The notes under the pieces: generated by a model
Database searches by the model: none
What the model was told of the DNA's origin: nothing
Seen by the model: the letters and a program-made list of their open reading frames with translations, nothing else
Shown here: positions 50,036 to 63,567 of the stretch, one piece after another
Layout: each line of letters starts with the position of its first letter
Numbering within the stretch: position 1 is the stretch's first letter
Assembly (NCBI RefSeq): GCF_035084215.1
Contig: NC_090327.1
Location: 113,212,001 to 113,276,000, forward strand
Reading direction: 5' to 3'
Length of the DNA stretch: 64,000 nucleotides
Origin: Heptranchias perlo
Taxonomy: Eukaryota
Made by a program: the position numbers and the translations under genes

Positions 50036-53000
50036 AAGACAGATGGCGAGCAACTATTGTCAATATCAATCTCATTTCACATGGCTTTGGTGCCATTCCC
50101 CGAGAATGGCACCAAAAAGGAGGGCTAAATCATTGGGTAATATACCTTCCAAAAAAGAGTTGGGATCAGGAAAAGCTATCTGATTCTATTACCATATCAG
50201 CAAACCCAAGCGTGACAATTTTAGAAAAACAAACAGGTTAGGAGAACTTTTTACCCAGGTATTTATTCAGATATCATAACTCTCGTCTTTTGCCATATCA
50301 CAGTTAGTTTTTCATAACTAAAGAAAAAGTTAACATTACCAGATGTGCAAGAAAATGTGGAATTAAAAGACATTCCAAGGGGGAAGGAGAGAAACAGAGG
50401 CCCTGATATCCTGTGTGGGTTTGACAAGTCCCCTGCCCTAACTCTAGCAGACCATCATTCCCCCTCAAAAATGGTGGAAACCCGGCGTAACTGGGTTACA
50501 CTGGGTTTTCACTGTTTTAGCAGGGGCTTTAATCTAAATGGCCGAAAAGTGCTGATTGTCCCATCGGCCCTTTTTTACCTTTAGAAATGACATTAACATT
50601 GGGAGGTCAGTGCACAGAGCAATTTGAGAACAGCATCAGTGGGCAGCCTTTAGGTCCACTTTAGGTCCAAAATGTCCCTCATACTCCACTGCTTGGAACA
50701 AGAAGTAAGTGGGGGACACTTGTACTTGTTTCTGGGACAAGTTCAGGGCCTTCTATAGAAGTAATGGTTAGGTACTCCAATAGTGTTAATTAAATGTGAA
50801 CATTGTTAGTGTGGAAAGTAAAATAGGCCTCGTTAATTATGTTAATTAGTTTAATAGCAGTATGATTCAGATAAAGGAACATTAGCTACATTACAGGCAT
50901 AGCATATGAATAATTCATGATTCCAGGTAGAGTGTATCATGAATATATTAACCAGTTAGAATAAGTGGCCTGGCTATAATGTAAACACTAGTGTAGAGGT
51001 GCTGACCGTTGCTGCTCACTTGTCATAGTGGGGACAGAAGCAGTTTTAAGGCCCATTCAGTTCTGAAATGAGAGTTGCTAGGATTTGAGGCTGAGATTAC
51101 ATTGGATTAAAGGCGTAGCCCTTACACAATCAAAACAGGCTGTTTCCTGATTAAAGCCTGCAGTGCAAACCTGATTCTTCTTTTATGGATCCTGATATTA
51201 CAGTCTAAATTGCAATGCAATCTACATGTGCCTTTGCAATTTTGTTGCATCCAAAAGAATCAGATTTTTCTCCGAATGGAGACTAGGGATTCGTGATGTT
51301 CTGATGGTGAATTTCAGTGATAGGTGAAATTTAAATTTAAATCACTAGGTGGCAGTGTTAGATTTGTCCATCCCTCATAGCTCTTCATCCAATTTGGCTG
51401 CATTTCTCGTTAAAAATTGACATGAATGAAGCTCTCCTAAACACACTTAATAATTATAGTAATCTAAAACACTCGTTAACTCAATTTCTTCTGAAGAATG
51501 ATTGCAAAACAAGAACAGAAAGTGGCAGGAACCATTTCTAGAAATTAAAAAATCATCTAATCTCTAATTTGAACGAGATCAAACAACTCGGGGACTTGTT
51601 TGAACTCACAGGAAAGGCAATTTGGACATAAACTGCTGAAGAATACAGACAGAAAATATCTTTTCTCCTATTTTCACTTCATTTTCATTATTATTTTCGC
51701 ATACGTAAACTAGGAAGGTCAGAGTTCAGAAAAGTAGTGCTGGAAGGGTGTGTGATGAGATTATTATTAACATTTCTAAAACAATGTTTTGATTCTTACA
51801 CATGTCAAAAGTCATCTGTAACTCCCAGACAATTTGGCCATTTTGATAAATCAGTCCATCGGTCTTGACAATACCATAATTTCCAACTCTCTGCTTCCCA
51901 TCTGCTGAAGAAGCATTTCAGCTCCCAGTCAATGTCTGCTCCGGCACCATTTCTCTGTCCATTTCCTGCCTTTCACTCCATCACTCGCTGCTCCCTCTGA
52001 GCACAGAGGAGATGAGGCATTTTGACTTTCTACAGGCTCATTCTGTTGAATACTCTGCATTGTGTTTTCACATTTGTCAATTTTCCTTCCTCCATGGCCT
52101 CACTCTCTTTCTCTCTACATCTCCATTCGGTGTGGGAGTCAGCCGCAGATACTTAAAAACAACTTAAATTCACGCTGAAAAGATCTCATCAAATTGTCTG
52201 TACTACCAAATAACGCAAAGCATTAAAAAATAAGGATTTCATTAGCAAATCAAAAGTCACAGATATTAAATCATTTCTCCCCATGCTTCCTGCATGGTTA
52301 GAGGTAAAATTACAATGTTCAGAACTAAATTAATGCAAATGATACCTTTCAGAGAGAGAAAAGCAATAAAACAGGTCTCACCTACAAGTAGTGAATAAAC
52401 TACTAGGCTAGAGGATTTTTTTTGTAGTCGGAACCAAAACTTAAAAAAAAATTCTTTACATCTTCCCTTCTGTGCAATTGTACTTTGATACTAAAAAACT
52501 GTTACTTATATACTGGTAATGCTGTCCCTGTGTTCAAAATTTGTCTGCAGATGGCACCGCTGGGTAACTGCCTTCCTACATTATAGCACACTGCAAGTTG
52601 AAAAGTGCTACTGTAATTTTATGGCAGCTGTTCACAGGTTCGAAAGGGCCAAAGTTACTGACTCCCCAAACTGGGGGCCAATGACATAGAGGTCTTGATT
52701 TTCACCCCCCCTCCCCATCCCCGCCGGGCAGGAAAGTGTTGGACGAGGGGTTAAAATGACAGATCCCACCTCCAACCCACCGTGTTCCCGGCCACCGCTA
52801 TATTAACGGCATTGAGTATCGGGGCCGATGAATCTCCTGCTATGGAGAGGCGGGAGGCTCATGAACATATTTAAATCAGGGTTCGATGATGCAATTAGGA
52901 CCCCGATGTTATTTTAACGAGTGCAGCACGGGTTTCACGCAGGTCGGCAAGATCGCCAGGGGAACCTTGGTGGGATTGGTTGCATCTTGATCATTGTGGT

Positions 53001-53319
53001 TAAATTAAAGGAAGCCCGAACTGAATAAAGCTTCTGGACTCACAGGAGCTCTCTCAGTTCATTGTGGGCTGTGATTTTATGTTAACTGTTTGATTCAGAT
53101 TGTGGTTTTGATATTCTTTATTGGAGAATAGAGAATCGGATTGAGGGTGCTGCTCTAGCTGCATTCTATTGGAGTGAAGAGGAGGAGGAGGAGGAGGAGG
53201 AGCACCAACAGCAGGGGCGTGCTGAGGAGGGAGTTGCAGGTGGGCGGTATTTACATGTTATCAGCTTGTTATTTTAGGTTTTTTGGAGACTGGTAACTAT
53301 ATTCTTTCCAGAGAAGGTC

Positions 53320-54060
53320 TTACCCCTCTCACAGGGTTTACAGATAGAGGCTCAGCTTCTTTGATCTGTCTGAGGAGCGGTGGGTTCAGGAGGTTCAGAT
53401 TGTCAAGGCAGGAGGTCGCTGACCCCTGCAGCCTCCTCGAGGAAGACCTCCTGCCTGCTGGACCGGCAGGACTGAGAGAGCACAGGAGTTTACAGCTCTG
53501 GCTGGCTTCCCACAAGTGCAGGGCGCATAAGAATGCACACTCGTAGCCATCAGAGCACCCCTCGATCAGCCAGGAGCCTTTGTTAACCCCAAGGATTTCC
53601 ACTCCATCAATGTTCAACTTGTCAGCAACCATAAGAAGAGGTTCATGCAGGCATGCGCCCAATACCCAGGGAGCTGACATGTTGCCTTCATATTACAGCA
53701 GTCGAATATCCGTATCATGTTTCACCCTGACACCAGTGTTACAGGATGGCTGTTTGGGAACAAGGGTTACTCCCTTCTCCAATGGCTGATGACACCTCTC
53801 TGGAATCCCACCAGTCCACAGCAGAACAGGTACAACAGCAGCCACATTGCCACAAGGTGCGTCATAGTGCAGGCCATTGGGTTGTTGAAGTTGAGATTCA
53901 CGTGCCTTGACAGGTTTAGATACTCTCTGCAATACTCACCAGCCAAAGTCTCCAGAATAATAGTACAATGCTGCATCCTGCGTAACATCACTCAGTAAAG
54001 ATGACTGGAGGTGCAGGAGGAAGAAGGCCTGCAGACTCCTCATCTGAAGAGGAAGAGGAT
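53320..54060 (+). pseudogene. Harbinger transposase pseudogene
   Basis: RFRLSRQEVAD, GWLFGNKGY, WLMTPL, QAIGLLKLRFTCLDR and CCILRN; internal deletion and frameshifts. Confidence 0.85.
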
Positions 54061-54389
54061 GATAAGGTGTGCAGGTCATCTTGCAGCCCGAGATGCAAGG
54101 GATGCTCTTATAGCTCGGCACTTCATGTAGACATATGTCACCTCTACCACTCTTACGTAACCAGACCTGCAAATCTTACTTCATTGCACTGACATCCTCC
54201 ACATTGTCACCATGATAATATCGCTCTGACTTCCACATCTATGACATAGAAACCAGGCACTGAAATTGTCGTTAAATCAGGGGGCACACGAGAACAGCTT
54301 AAGTGACAAAGGCTTTAATGTGCTCCAATAATCAAATCATAAAGTCAATTCATGAAACACCCAAGAGTTAACTCTCAGTGATCTATTTA

Positions 54390-56339
54390 GCCCTTCTCTT
54401 CTTACCTCTACCACATCTACGATGTGCCACCCAAGTGGCTTGAGCGTAGATGGTGATTGGCTACTGTGTAGTTTCCTCAGTCTCCTGAGATGCTCATGGT
54501 CGACGATCTCTGGGTGCTCGTGCCCATGAGGGCCCTGCCACTGACTGCTCCTCCTGCATTTCTGCAAAGGCAGTCTGGGCCAACTGGAGTTCAGGCACCA
54601 TGTCAGGCATTGGTTGAGGGGGTGGCGATGGATGAAATGTGCAGACATCCTGAGAGAGGTCCACACGTGCCTCGCCAACGTCCCTCCCCTGGGGCAGTGA
54701 CACATCAGTCATGCAGGGCTGCGGGAGAGCAGACTGGAGGAGATCAGTGACACCTTGGAAGCCCCGATCTACTCTGTCCACCAACTTGTCAAATATGGAA
54801 CAGACGTTGGAGCCCAGAGTCTACACAGCGGCAGTATGAGCCTGTAGGCAGGCCACAGCATTTGGTAGCAGTGACCCTTGTGAGTACCTGGCTGCAATTT
54901 CCAAGGAGGTGGCCACATGCTTCATGGTACATTGCAAAGTTGAGAAACCCTGCGTTATGATGGAAGTGAACTTCTCCATCCTCCCTGCCATAGTAGACAG
55001 TGTGTCTGGCAGGCCTACCAATACCTCACACAATTGTTGCTGTGCCTCCAGTAATCTCCTTTTCATTGCAGGCCCCCAGGGTTCTGCATCTCTGTCCTGT
55101 TGAGCAGAGCTTGGAGAGGACGGCGCCATCTGACACTTACGCTCCTCCTCTGTCCCCGCCACCACTTGTGCCGTAAGACTCGCCAGGTGCTGGCCCATCT
55201 ACCTCACTGAAATGCCCACTCGGTGTGCTGGTATCTGCACTGGTGCCTGCAACACATGCATCCTGTGACAGTGCATCCTCAGGAGGTATCAGGTCCTCTG
55301 AGGTGTCTTCGTCCTCTGTGGGCAGGGGCTCATTTGGTTTGCGTGGGAGCGCTGGAGGCAAGAAGAAAGGGTGAAGATTAATAATGGTACTTAGAAGATG
55401 TTAATGTGCGCATGAAGCACTTGACCATAGTGGTTGATGTGTTGAAGTCGGCTGAAGATGAAGTTGGTCTGTAGGAGATGCGGGGCTGATAGATTAACGC
55501 AGTCACTCTGCTCCACTGGTCCACCAACCTCGCCATCAGTGATGCTCAAGGTGCTGGAGGTGCCGCTTACCTCCAGTTCTTTCCTCTCCTGCCGGCGTCA
55601 CATCAACGATGTCTGATGGTGCTCCATTAGTCCAGGCCCTCTCCCTGGCATTCTGCGCTCTCTTCCCCTGTAAAGGGGGTAGGACAGTGCTCTGATTGGC
55701 TAGCTGGAATATGTGCTTCCTCTGGATGTAGTGCATATGGTGAAAGTGAGAATCAGGCAAATGTAAAAGCACTGGGGATGGCATGCATTCGCAGAATGTG
55801 GATACAGTATGAATTGAGGAGATCTGATGACAGTGGGTGCAGGTGGAGCAGGTCAGATGAATTGAGATGAGGATGGTGTTATTGGCAGCAGTGGAAGAAG
55901 GAAGTGGGAGGTGAGCATGTGTAAGGATTCAGGACGAGAGGTGGCGCAGTGAGCCATTCCGATTGGTGGTGAGGAAAGTGATACAGGGGTGAGGAGTGAT
56001 ATGAATGGTGTAGGAGGGACAAGGGGGAATGGAAGGAGGTGCATTGCAGGAGATGGGTAAAGAAGGTCTTGTGCTGACCTTTCCTGACCTAGTCAGGTCA
56101 TTGAAACGTTTCCTGCACTGGATCCAAGACCTTGGCGTGATGTTCCTGCTGCTCACATCCTCAGCCACCTCTATCCAGGCCTTCTTCATGGTGGCAGCTG
56201 ATTTCTTCTTCCCACTTGTGGGGAACAACACATCCTTTCTTGCCCTCGCAGCACCCAGCTGGACTCCCAGGAAAGTATCAGTGAATCGGGGGAGCAACCT
56301 TCCCTCACTTTCCAGCCATTTTACAGATTTTGAACTCAT
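54390..56339 (-). pseudogene. Harbinger Myb/SANT-like (Myb_DNA-bind_5-type) accessory gene, 3 exons, decayed
   Basis: Exon 1 PRFTD...KKAWIEVAEDVS...RSWIQCRKRFNDLTRSGK|gt (donor ~56078). Exon 2 acceptor ctttacag|GKRAQNARERA (~55668). Exon 3 begins at ~55352. Confidence 0.8.
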
Positions 56340-57119
56340 ATTTCTATCTTCAAATATTACAATCCCTCAGCCTCTTTTTCAGAGCTGGACTGAGGCTTTA
56401 TTTAGTCACCGGAAAATTGTGTCACAGCCGTAGACGCCTGATCCCGATTTGAAACCAGGAAGCGTCATTCAAATGACGCCCGGCCGTTAAAATCGGCTTC
56501 CACTTCGTGTGATGTTGCCCACACACCACCACCCCTCCCCCCATCCCCACCCCGGCTCTTTTCCTGTCTCCGAGTTAATGTCGGGGCCTGAATTACCACC
56601 TTTATGTCAACAGCAATTTCTAGGCTTTAAAGGCTGGCCATTTGAGTGGGCTACAACAAATAAACACAAATTCCACTTATTCTTGCACTGTAGGACATTT
56701 CATAGATTCCGAAGAGGTTATTAGTTGAAAATGTACTTCGTTATTCAACGAAAATGCCTTTTCCCTCCATCTCTATAAATAGTACATATTTTTAAAAGGT
56801 GGTTTTGCATAATTCTTGTACAACTGTGATCTCAGTCATTGAGCCCAAACCCTTGACACACACAGTTGTAGGCATTGCCTCTGTTATTTAACCACAATCA
56901 AGGGACATCTAGTAAGAAATGAATAACGTCACACTAAGAGTGTTTCTTCAGAGCAGCGAGTAAGTAAATGTCTTCCACTTATTTTGAAAATGACTAACTA
57001 TTACTGTAATTCATACCTGAAAATAGACTTTAAATTTTGATTTTTCTAACATGCAGGTTTGTTAACTTTCTAACCCAACACCACTGAAAACCTTCTCCAT
57101 GATTTTACTACTTCAAGAT

Positions 57120-58810
57120 TTGACTTCTGTAAGCCTACAAAGAGAGAACTGGTAGCTGAGCCTATAAAGAAAGTGGGAGAACAAACGCAAGGAGAATTTG
57201 GAGTAAGTGGCTTCACTGTCAGTGCAGAGGGAGGAGCAGCGGAACCTCAGGAACTCAAGCTAAGTGTTTAATTTATCATCAACATTCTAATTTTAAATAT
57301 CAAACCTAAATAGATAGTTAAATAAATAAGTATATAAATAAATAATCAAAGTAATTAATTAGATCTAAGGGGATAAAATAAACTAAGTAAAGGTTACCAA
57401 CATTAAAGGGATCCAAATTGCATTAAATAAATATCTAGTATACACAAATAATAAAACATCAGAGTAATTGCAATTTAATTTGATATCAATCTGATCCATC
57501 AACTAATTAATACTAGACCTCAAGCATTTTTTAGCTCCAGAGATAAATTGCTCCTAACAATAAACAAATAAGCAGGCTAGAAACGTTGTTGTAGGCAGTG
57601 TGTCGGAGTGTAGTACATAAGAACATAAGAAATAGGAGCAGGAGTAGGCCAATCGGCCCCTCGAGCCTGCTCCGTAGTATGTGGGAGTTTGTGGATAGCA
57701 AGACTGGACAGTCACATCTGCAGGAATTGTCTCTGCCTTGAGTCACTCCAGCTCAGAGTCGTTGGAAAGAAATTTGGAAAGGGATGGGAAAGATCCAGTT
57801 GTCGTGGTCCATGTCGGGACAAATGACATAAGAAAGAAAAGGGAGGAAATCTTGCTGAGGAAGTATCAAGAGTTAGGAGCTAAATTAAAACACAGGACAT
57901 CAAGGGTGGTAATCTCAGGATTATTACCCGAGCCATATGCTAATTGGCATAGGAACAAACAGACATTGACTTACAAAGAGACACTGATAGATTAAGTGAA
58001 TGGGCAAAACTGTGGCAGGTAAGTGTGAGGTCATCCATTTTGGACCAAAAAAGGATAGATCCGAGTATTTTTTAAATGGTGAAAAGCTAGGAACAGTGGA
58101 GGTCCAAAGAGATTATGGGGTCCATGTACACTGATCACTAAAATGTAGTAGCCAGGTACAAAAAATAATCAAAAAGACTAATGGAATGTTAGCCTTTATA
58201 ACTAGAGGGCTAGAATATAAAGGGAAGGCAGTTTTGCTACAGCTGTACAAAACCCTGGTTAGACCCCATCGGGAGTACTGTGTACAGTTCTGGGCACCGC
58301 ACCCTAGAAAGGATATATTAACCTCGGAAGGAGTACAGCGCAGATTCACTAGAATATTACCAGGGCTCCCGGGGCTAGATTATGAGGAGAGATTATATAA
58401 ACTAGGCTTGTATTCCCTGGAATATAGAAGGTTAAGGGCTGATTTGAATGAGGGTTTTAGGATTTTGAAAGGAATTGATAGGGTAGATAGAAACTTTTTC
58501 CGCTGGTGGACAAGGGGACATAACCTTAAAATCAGAGCTAGGCCATTCAGGAAAGAAGTTAGGAAACAACTTCATGCAAAGGGTGGTAGAAGTGTGGAAC
58601 ACTCTCCCACAAAAAGCAGTACATGCTAGCTCAATTAATCATTTTAATTCTGAGATGATATATTTTTGCTAGCCAAGGGTATTAAGGAATAGGGAGCCAA
58701 CGCAGGTAAATGGAGTTAGAATACAGATCACCCATGATCTCAATTGAATGGCAGAATAGGCTCGAGCGGCTGAATGGCCTACTCCTGTACCTATGTTCCT
58801 ATGTTCTCCA
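57120..58810 (+). mobile_element. Internally deleted CR1 (5'UTR, ORF1 esterase remnant, RT 3' end)
   Basis: VVVHVGTND...VVISGLLP SGNH-type ORF1 motif (57738..57995), RT ORF 58186..58629 and (TTCCTATG)n tail. Left boundary approximate. Confidence 0.85.
57616..57673 (-). mobile_element. 58-bp CR1 3' tail insertion (young subfamily) with 6-bp TSD
   Basis: Identical to the tail at ~46344-46401 and flanked by GTAGTA on both sides. Confidence 0.85.
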
Positions 58811-58959
58811 ATGTCCTCCAGTGGCATTTCAAGCTCCATCCAAGGTAAACGCCAACTTATCCAAAACTCTGTCTCCTCCATCCCATTCCACTTTAAGTTG
58901 ATACTGACTTGTTGTCCTCCAATTCCTTGAATGCCAAATCCTCATTCTCATTCTCTCCA

Positions 58960-59280
58960 CAGCCCCACCCCACCCCACCTTTGTAGCTTACACTAGCCCA
59001 GCATCCCAACCCATGTCCTCTGCCCTTCCGACTCTGGACTGCTGTACATTCCCCGCTCTCTGCTCCACCATTGGTGGTAGAGCCTTCTCTCGTACCTACT
59101 CTTTAGAACTCCCTCCCTAAACTCCTCCATCTTACTACTTCTCTCCTCCTCTTTAAATGCCCCCTCATACCCTATCTCTTTGACTGTGTTTTCGGTCACC
59201 ATCTCCATCTCTGGCTCAGCATCCGTTCGTTCTCTTTAAAACTCCTTGTGATGTTTTCTATATAAGTGTTCTTGTTGTTT
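58960..59280 (+). mobile_element. Old L2 3' end
   Basis: CTCCACCATTGGTGG...GAACTCCCTCCCTAAAC...TATATAAGTG(TTG)n, homologous to 20170-21085. Confidence 0.7.
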
Positions 59281-61106
59281 TGAAAAATTAGCTAATTAAA
59301 ACTTAAGAAAGTGAACATAGATACTTGCTGCACCCTGACAATGAACAATAGCAATGCAATAACAGTCAGATTGGCTGTGTGGGAGTTGCAGATGGAATCA
59401 CTTCATCACAAGTTAAACAAAAAAATGACAGTCGTCATTAAAATCTAAAAGATATTTCCCTCTATTTATTCTCTATTTGCTAAAATGCTTTGCTTATCTT
59501 TTAGAACTAGATTTATGTGGTAGCAGCAGTGTAGAGCAGTGTTACAGTATCACGATTTCCCTCCCTATCTGAGTTTGGATGGGAATTTTGTCAAGGGGAG
59601 TAAAGGAGAACTGGAGTGATGGTCAATCTTGTATCCAAACAATGGCTACATTGGTGAAGACATGAAACTGATGTCAGGTGAAACATGGTTCGGGAGAGAT
59701 GAGAAACCTTACAAAACAAAGTGGTCCATACCCTCAGGAAAGAAAGAGTTAGAAATGGTTATAGTGAAAGAAATTAAGGTTAGACATTTCTTTCTTTCGG
59801 AAGAAAAGTATTGCATGGATTGCCTCTGTGCTTCTACTACCATTTGAAGTTCTGTACATTCTGGTAAGTTATTTTCAACAGAAAATTGAGAGCGTAAACA
59901 CTTACTGTAAAGAATTATAGAACTGAACAGAAGATCTCCTGGTGTTGCTCCTGGTAAATCAGATAATACAAGGTTTTATAACGACAAGAGGGTTATACCA
60001 AGTAATGACAAAGTGCATCTGTTTTTAACTAGACCTGTTCTTTTAAGGCCACAAAGAATTGTGGAGATGGTGGTGCTGGAGTTTGACAGCATTTGGAATG
60101 TGGCATCACTGTGGAGGAGAAACCTGGGGCTGGGCAGAACTGGGTGGTTTAGCTCACTGGTAAGTCATGGTGTATGTCAGCAGTGAGGGGAGGGGGAGAG
60201 GGAGAGTGTAGGCCTGACAGCACAGGGTGGCGGACAGGCTGGCAGTACTGGTTTGAGAGTTTCTAGGAGGTTTGTGAAAACACTGAATTCATTGTTTTGT
60301 GTTTGGTTCCTGGACATGTGTCTATCTGTGTCTGCCTCTCTTTGCATCTAGCTCAGAGCTGGCCCAAATTAGAATGTTTACATTTTCTAACGGTCAACAA
60401 AACATCGGTGATGATAATCAAATCTTTTCTCTTTGCCTGAGAACTTTCAAAATTAATTTCATTTATTTTTCAAAAATAACTTAAATTAGGATGAGGAAAG
60501 ATATTCTCTCTGTCTTTGTCTCTCTCTAGCACTGCAGGTGATTTTAGACTTCTGCCTGAAATGGGCGCAATTTTGGTGCAGTGGCCATGCAACCCACCCA
60601 AAATTACAGGCACCAAGCAGGTGCCATGCTGCAGCTCACTAGTTGTGGGAGGGAAATTGGCTGAGCGGAGTGGTCATTAATGGAAATAAAAATCAGGAGA
60701 GATATAAAACTGGCTGCCGATTCGCTATCGACCATTTAACACTATCACCCAGAGTCAAAATTACACACACGCACACTCAATATAAACTTTACCTCAATAA
60801 AGCTTTTAAAATTTATCTTCTAGCTTTTCTTCAAATATTTTTGAAAAACTACCAAAAAGATATACTGTAACTAATTGCTACTAACTCATTTTGGAAAATT
60901 GTGCAAACTGCACGTGCTCAGACCAAGATTCTTTCTTCAGTTAAACCTCTGGGTAAAAGGATCTAGCTCAAACCCAGGTTTTGATTTTAAAAGACACAAA
61001 ATGCAATTCAATGAGCAAATTTAGTAATATAATTGTGAAATATGTTATTTTTGATGTTTTTATTTTGTTTAGAACCTTCTTTTAAACATTATAAGTTTCA
61101 ATTACC

Positions 61107-61569
61107 AAAAAGAAAGCATTTGCATTTACATAGTGCCTTTCATGGCCTCAGGACATCCCAAAACACTTCACAACCAATTAAGTATTTTGAGGTGTAGTCA
61201 TTGTTGAAATGTAGGAAGATGCAGCTGCCAATTTGCACACAGCAAGGTCCCACAAACAGTGGGACCTTGCTGGGAGCTGATAATGACCAGAAAATGTATT
61301 TTGGTGATGTCAGTTGAGGGCTAAACATTGGCCAGGGCATCAGGAGAACTCCCCTGCTCTTCTTCAAATGGTGACATGGGATCCTTTATGTCCACCTGAG
61401 AGGGCATAAGGGGCCTCATCCAAAATGCAGCACCTCTGATAGTGCAGCGCTCCCTCAGTACAGCACATAAAGTGTCAGCCTAGATTATGTGTTTGTTTCC
61501 AGAGTAGGGCTTGAAGCCATGACCTTCTGACTCAGAGGTGAGAATGCTTCCGCTGAGCCACGGCTGACA
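61107..61569 (-). mobile_element. Deu-domain tRNA-derived SINE (SacSINE1-like)
   Basis: Reverse-complement match to 48344-48830 along its length. Confidence 0.85.
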
Positions 61570-62722
61570 GAGGAAAATACGGCAGCCAAATATTTTTCAA
61601 AAGCATTTTGACTGATTTGTCTGGTTCAGTGGGCCCTGCAGGATTTTACATCCATTAAAGTTCATATGCATTAGCAATGTGATTTTGTAGAATTTACTCT
61701 TATATATTTTCACTGTATTAGACGGTTGTGATGCTAGTGCTCACACACACAACTTAAATAAACCAGGCAGAAGACACTGAACTATTAATCAATGGATCTT
61801 ATCTGATAGAGTTACAAACTGGTCTTCCTGTAAGGTTAACACAACTGGTTAGGCTTAATTAGATTACATCTGTACTAGATATGTAACATTGGCACATTAC
61901 CCCACCTAGATCTCTATTCTTGCTCACTGATGCTGCAATGTCTGCTATCATGTTATGTTCTCTTGCTTTAGACATTGGATTTCTATGGATACCTTTGCAG
62001 AGCAACAGACTTTCTTGATGCCATTCCTTTGGTCTGTGTAGGTTACCTTCATGTATATAAAATAAAACATTTGCTTGGTGTTGCTAATTTTGCTCCTACT
62101 GTTTCCTGTATTTAAAACCCCAATGAAAGAAAGGTTCAGTCCCACAATCAAACCCTTATATTCATAGCTGCAAAAGAATAAAATCGTGAAAACAGTTTTA
62201 CCAAAAGTGAAACATTTGGCAGCTTTATGTCTTTCCACATAAAATGTATGAAGCTCGTCTAATTCATACACTAATATAGCACAATTACATCCACGGAAGT
62301 ACCAGATCAAAGAAAGATGAACTGTCAGACTGGAGGGCCTTTCCAAAAGTTGAACTTATTCGGTTATGCCCACATTACCAAGAAATTAGCAAACTCTGGA
62401 ATAATGTGGTGACACCATCTGCTTGAAAACATAGAGGGACGTAAGATTTGTGGAGACAGGGGAATTGTTTGATGAGCTTTTTACTCTGTCTTCATGTTAC
62501 CTGGAATATTTGTGCTAGTTTGGCCTTGTGTTTTTACTGATGTTTTAATAAGAAGTAACATTTGACTGTGTGTTATGATGATACCCACTCTTGATCGTAA
62601 AAGCCTGAAAACTTATTGCTTTGCTATTCGGGGGTGTAATGGTAAACTAACAGTTTTTAAAACAATTCTCACCTTGCCTGTTAACCTAGGGTTGAAAGCT
62701 TTGGCTGAAGGTATTCCTGGAG

Positions 62723-62772
62723 GTTTAATCACGTGATGTTTGATCATGTGATGTTTGATCATGTGACATTTG
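62723..62772. repeat. 15-bp tandem repeat x3, each unit containing an E-box
   Basis: GTTTAATCACGTGAT GTTTGATCATGTGAT GTTTGATCATGTGAC. Confidence 0.8.
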
Positions 62773-63567
62773 CCAATAGTTTGCAAAGGTTATTGTACTG
62801 AGCAGCCTGTTTGTTACTACCTGGCCTATCCTGTTCACTGAGCAGATGTGCACAGCTCTAATGGGCATCGTTCCTGCTCCAGGGTACTGAGACTGTTATC
62901 AACACACCAGCACTGAGAGGAAGCACTGTGGTAAACTCATTGGCATCGCTCACATTTAAATAAAGTAAGCACCACAGCAAAGGATAGGCTATCGTATTAA
63001 TTAAGGCAGTGTTGCAGAAATGGCTGGAGCAACTTCATTGGTTACATGTGGGTAGGATGATCCCATGTTTGATATGCCATCCCTGTGACTGAGGTTTCTG
63101 CAAGTCTTGGCACAGATGGCACAGTTCGGTAAATGGGACCTGTGATAAACCTCAGCTTCCAGAGGCAGTGCCAGGTAGCTGTGCATCAAACTGTAGGTAC
63201 AATTACCAATTTAGCAGCGCGTCCAAACAGTACACCTCTAATGTCATCTGACATCTGTAGCAGCCCCTCTCTGCTCCTGCATGTCGTCCTCAACTAAATT
63301 AAGTGTCAGAGAAGCAGTGAGAGCAATTCTCATCGCTGTCAACTTTCTGACTGCAAAATCTAATTGACAGTCCTGATTCCTGATGTGCGAGTTCCTGCTT
63401 GACTCCTAATGCCTGTTTCATATGGAGAAGTTTAGCACAATGAATAACCACAACAGTAATTTTGTAGGCTTCCACCTTAATAAGCTGTGAGCCCCAATTT
63501 GCGTGAATAGGTTTAATGCAGTCTGTGTGCCGTAGCATGCTACCATCTCAAAAGTCCTACAACAGTT

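Larger units (their letters stand above)
52691..56588. mobile_element. Full-structure but decayed Harbinger DNA transposon (transposase +, Myb-like gene -)
   Basis: TIRs GGTCTTGATTTTCAC / GTTAATGTCGGGGCC and two convergent genes, the canonical PIF/Harbinger layout. Confidence 0.85.

Noticed and set aside
55929-56339. Host NAIF1/MSANTD gene
   Set aside because: It lies inside a TIR-bounded Harbinger element opposite a transposase, and downstream exons are frameshifted.
63001-63538. Short ORFs (62 and 79 aa) as host exons
   Set aside because: No recognisable domain or convincing splice-site pairing; lengths are as expected by chance.
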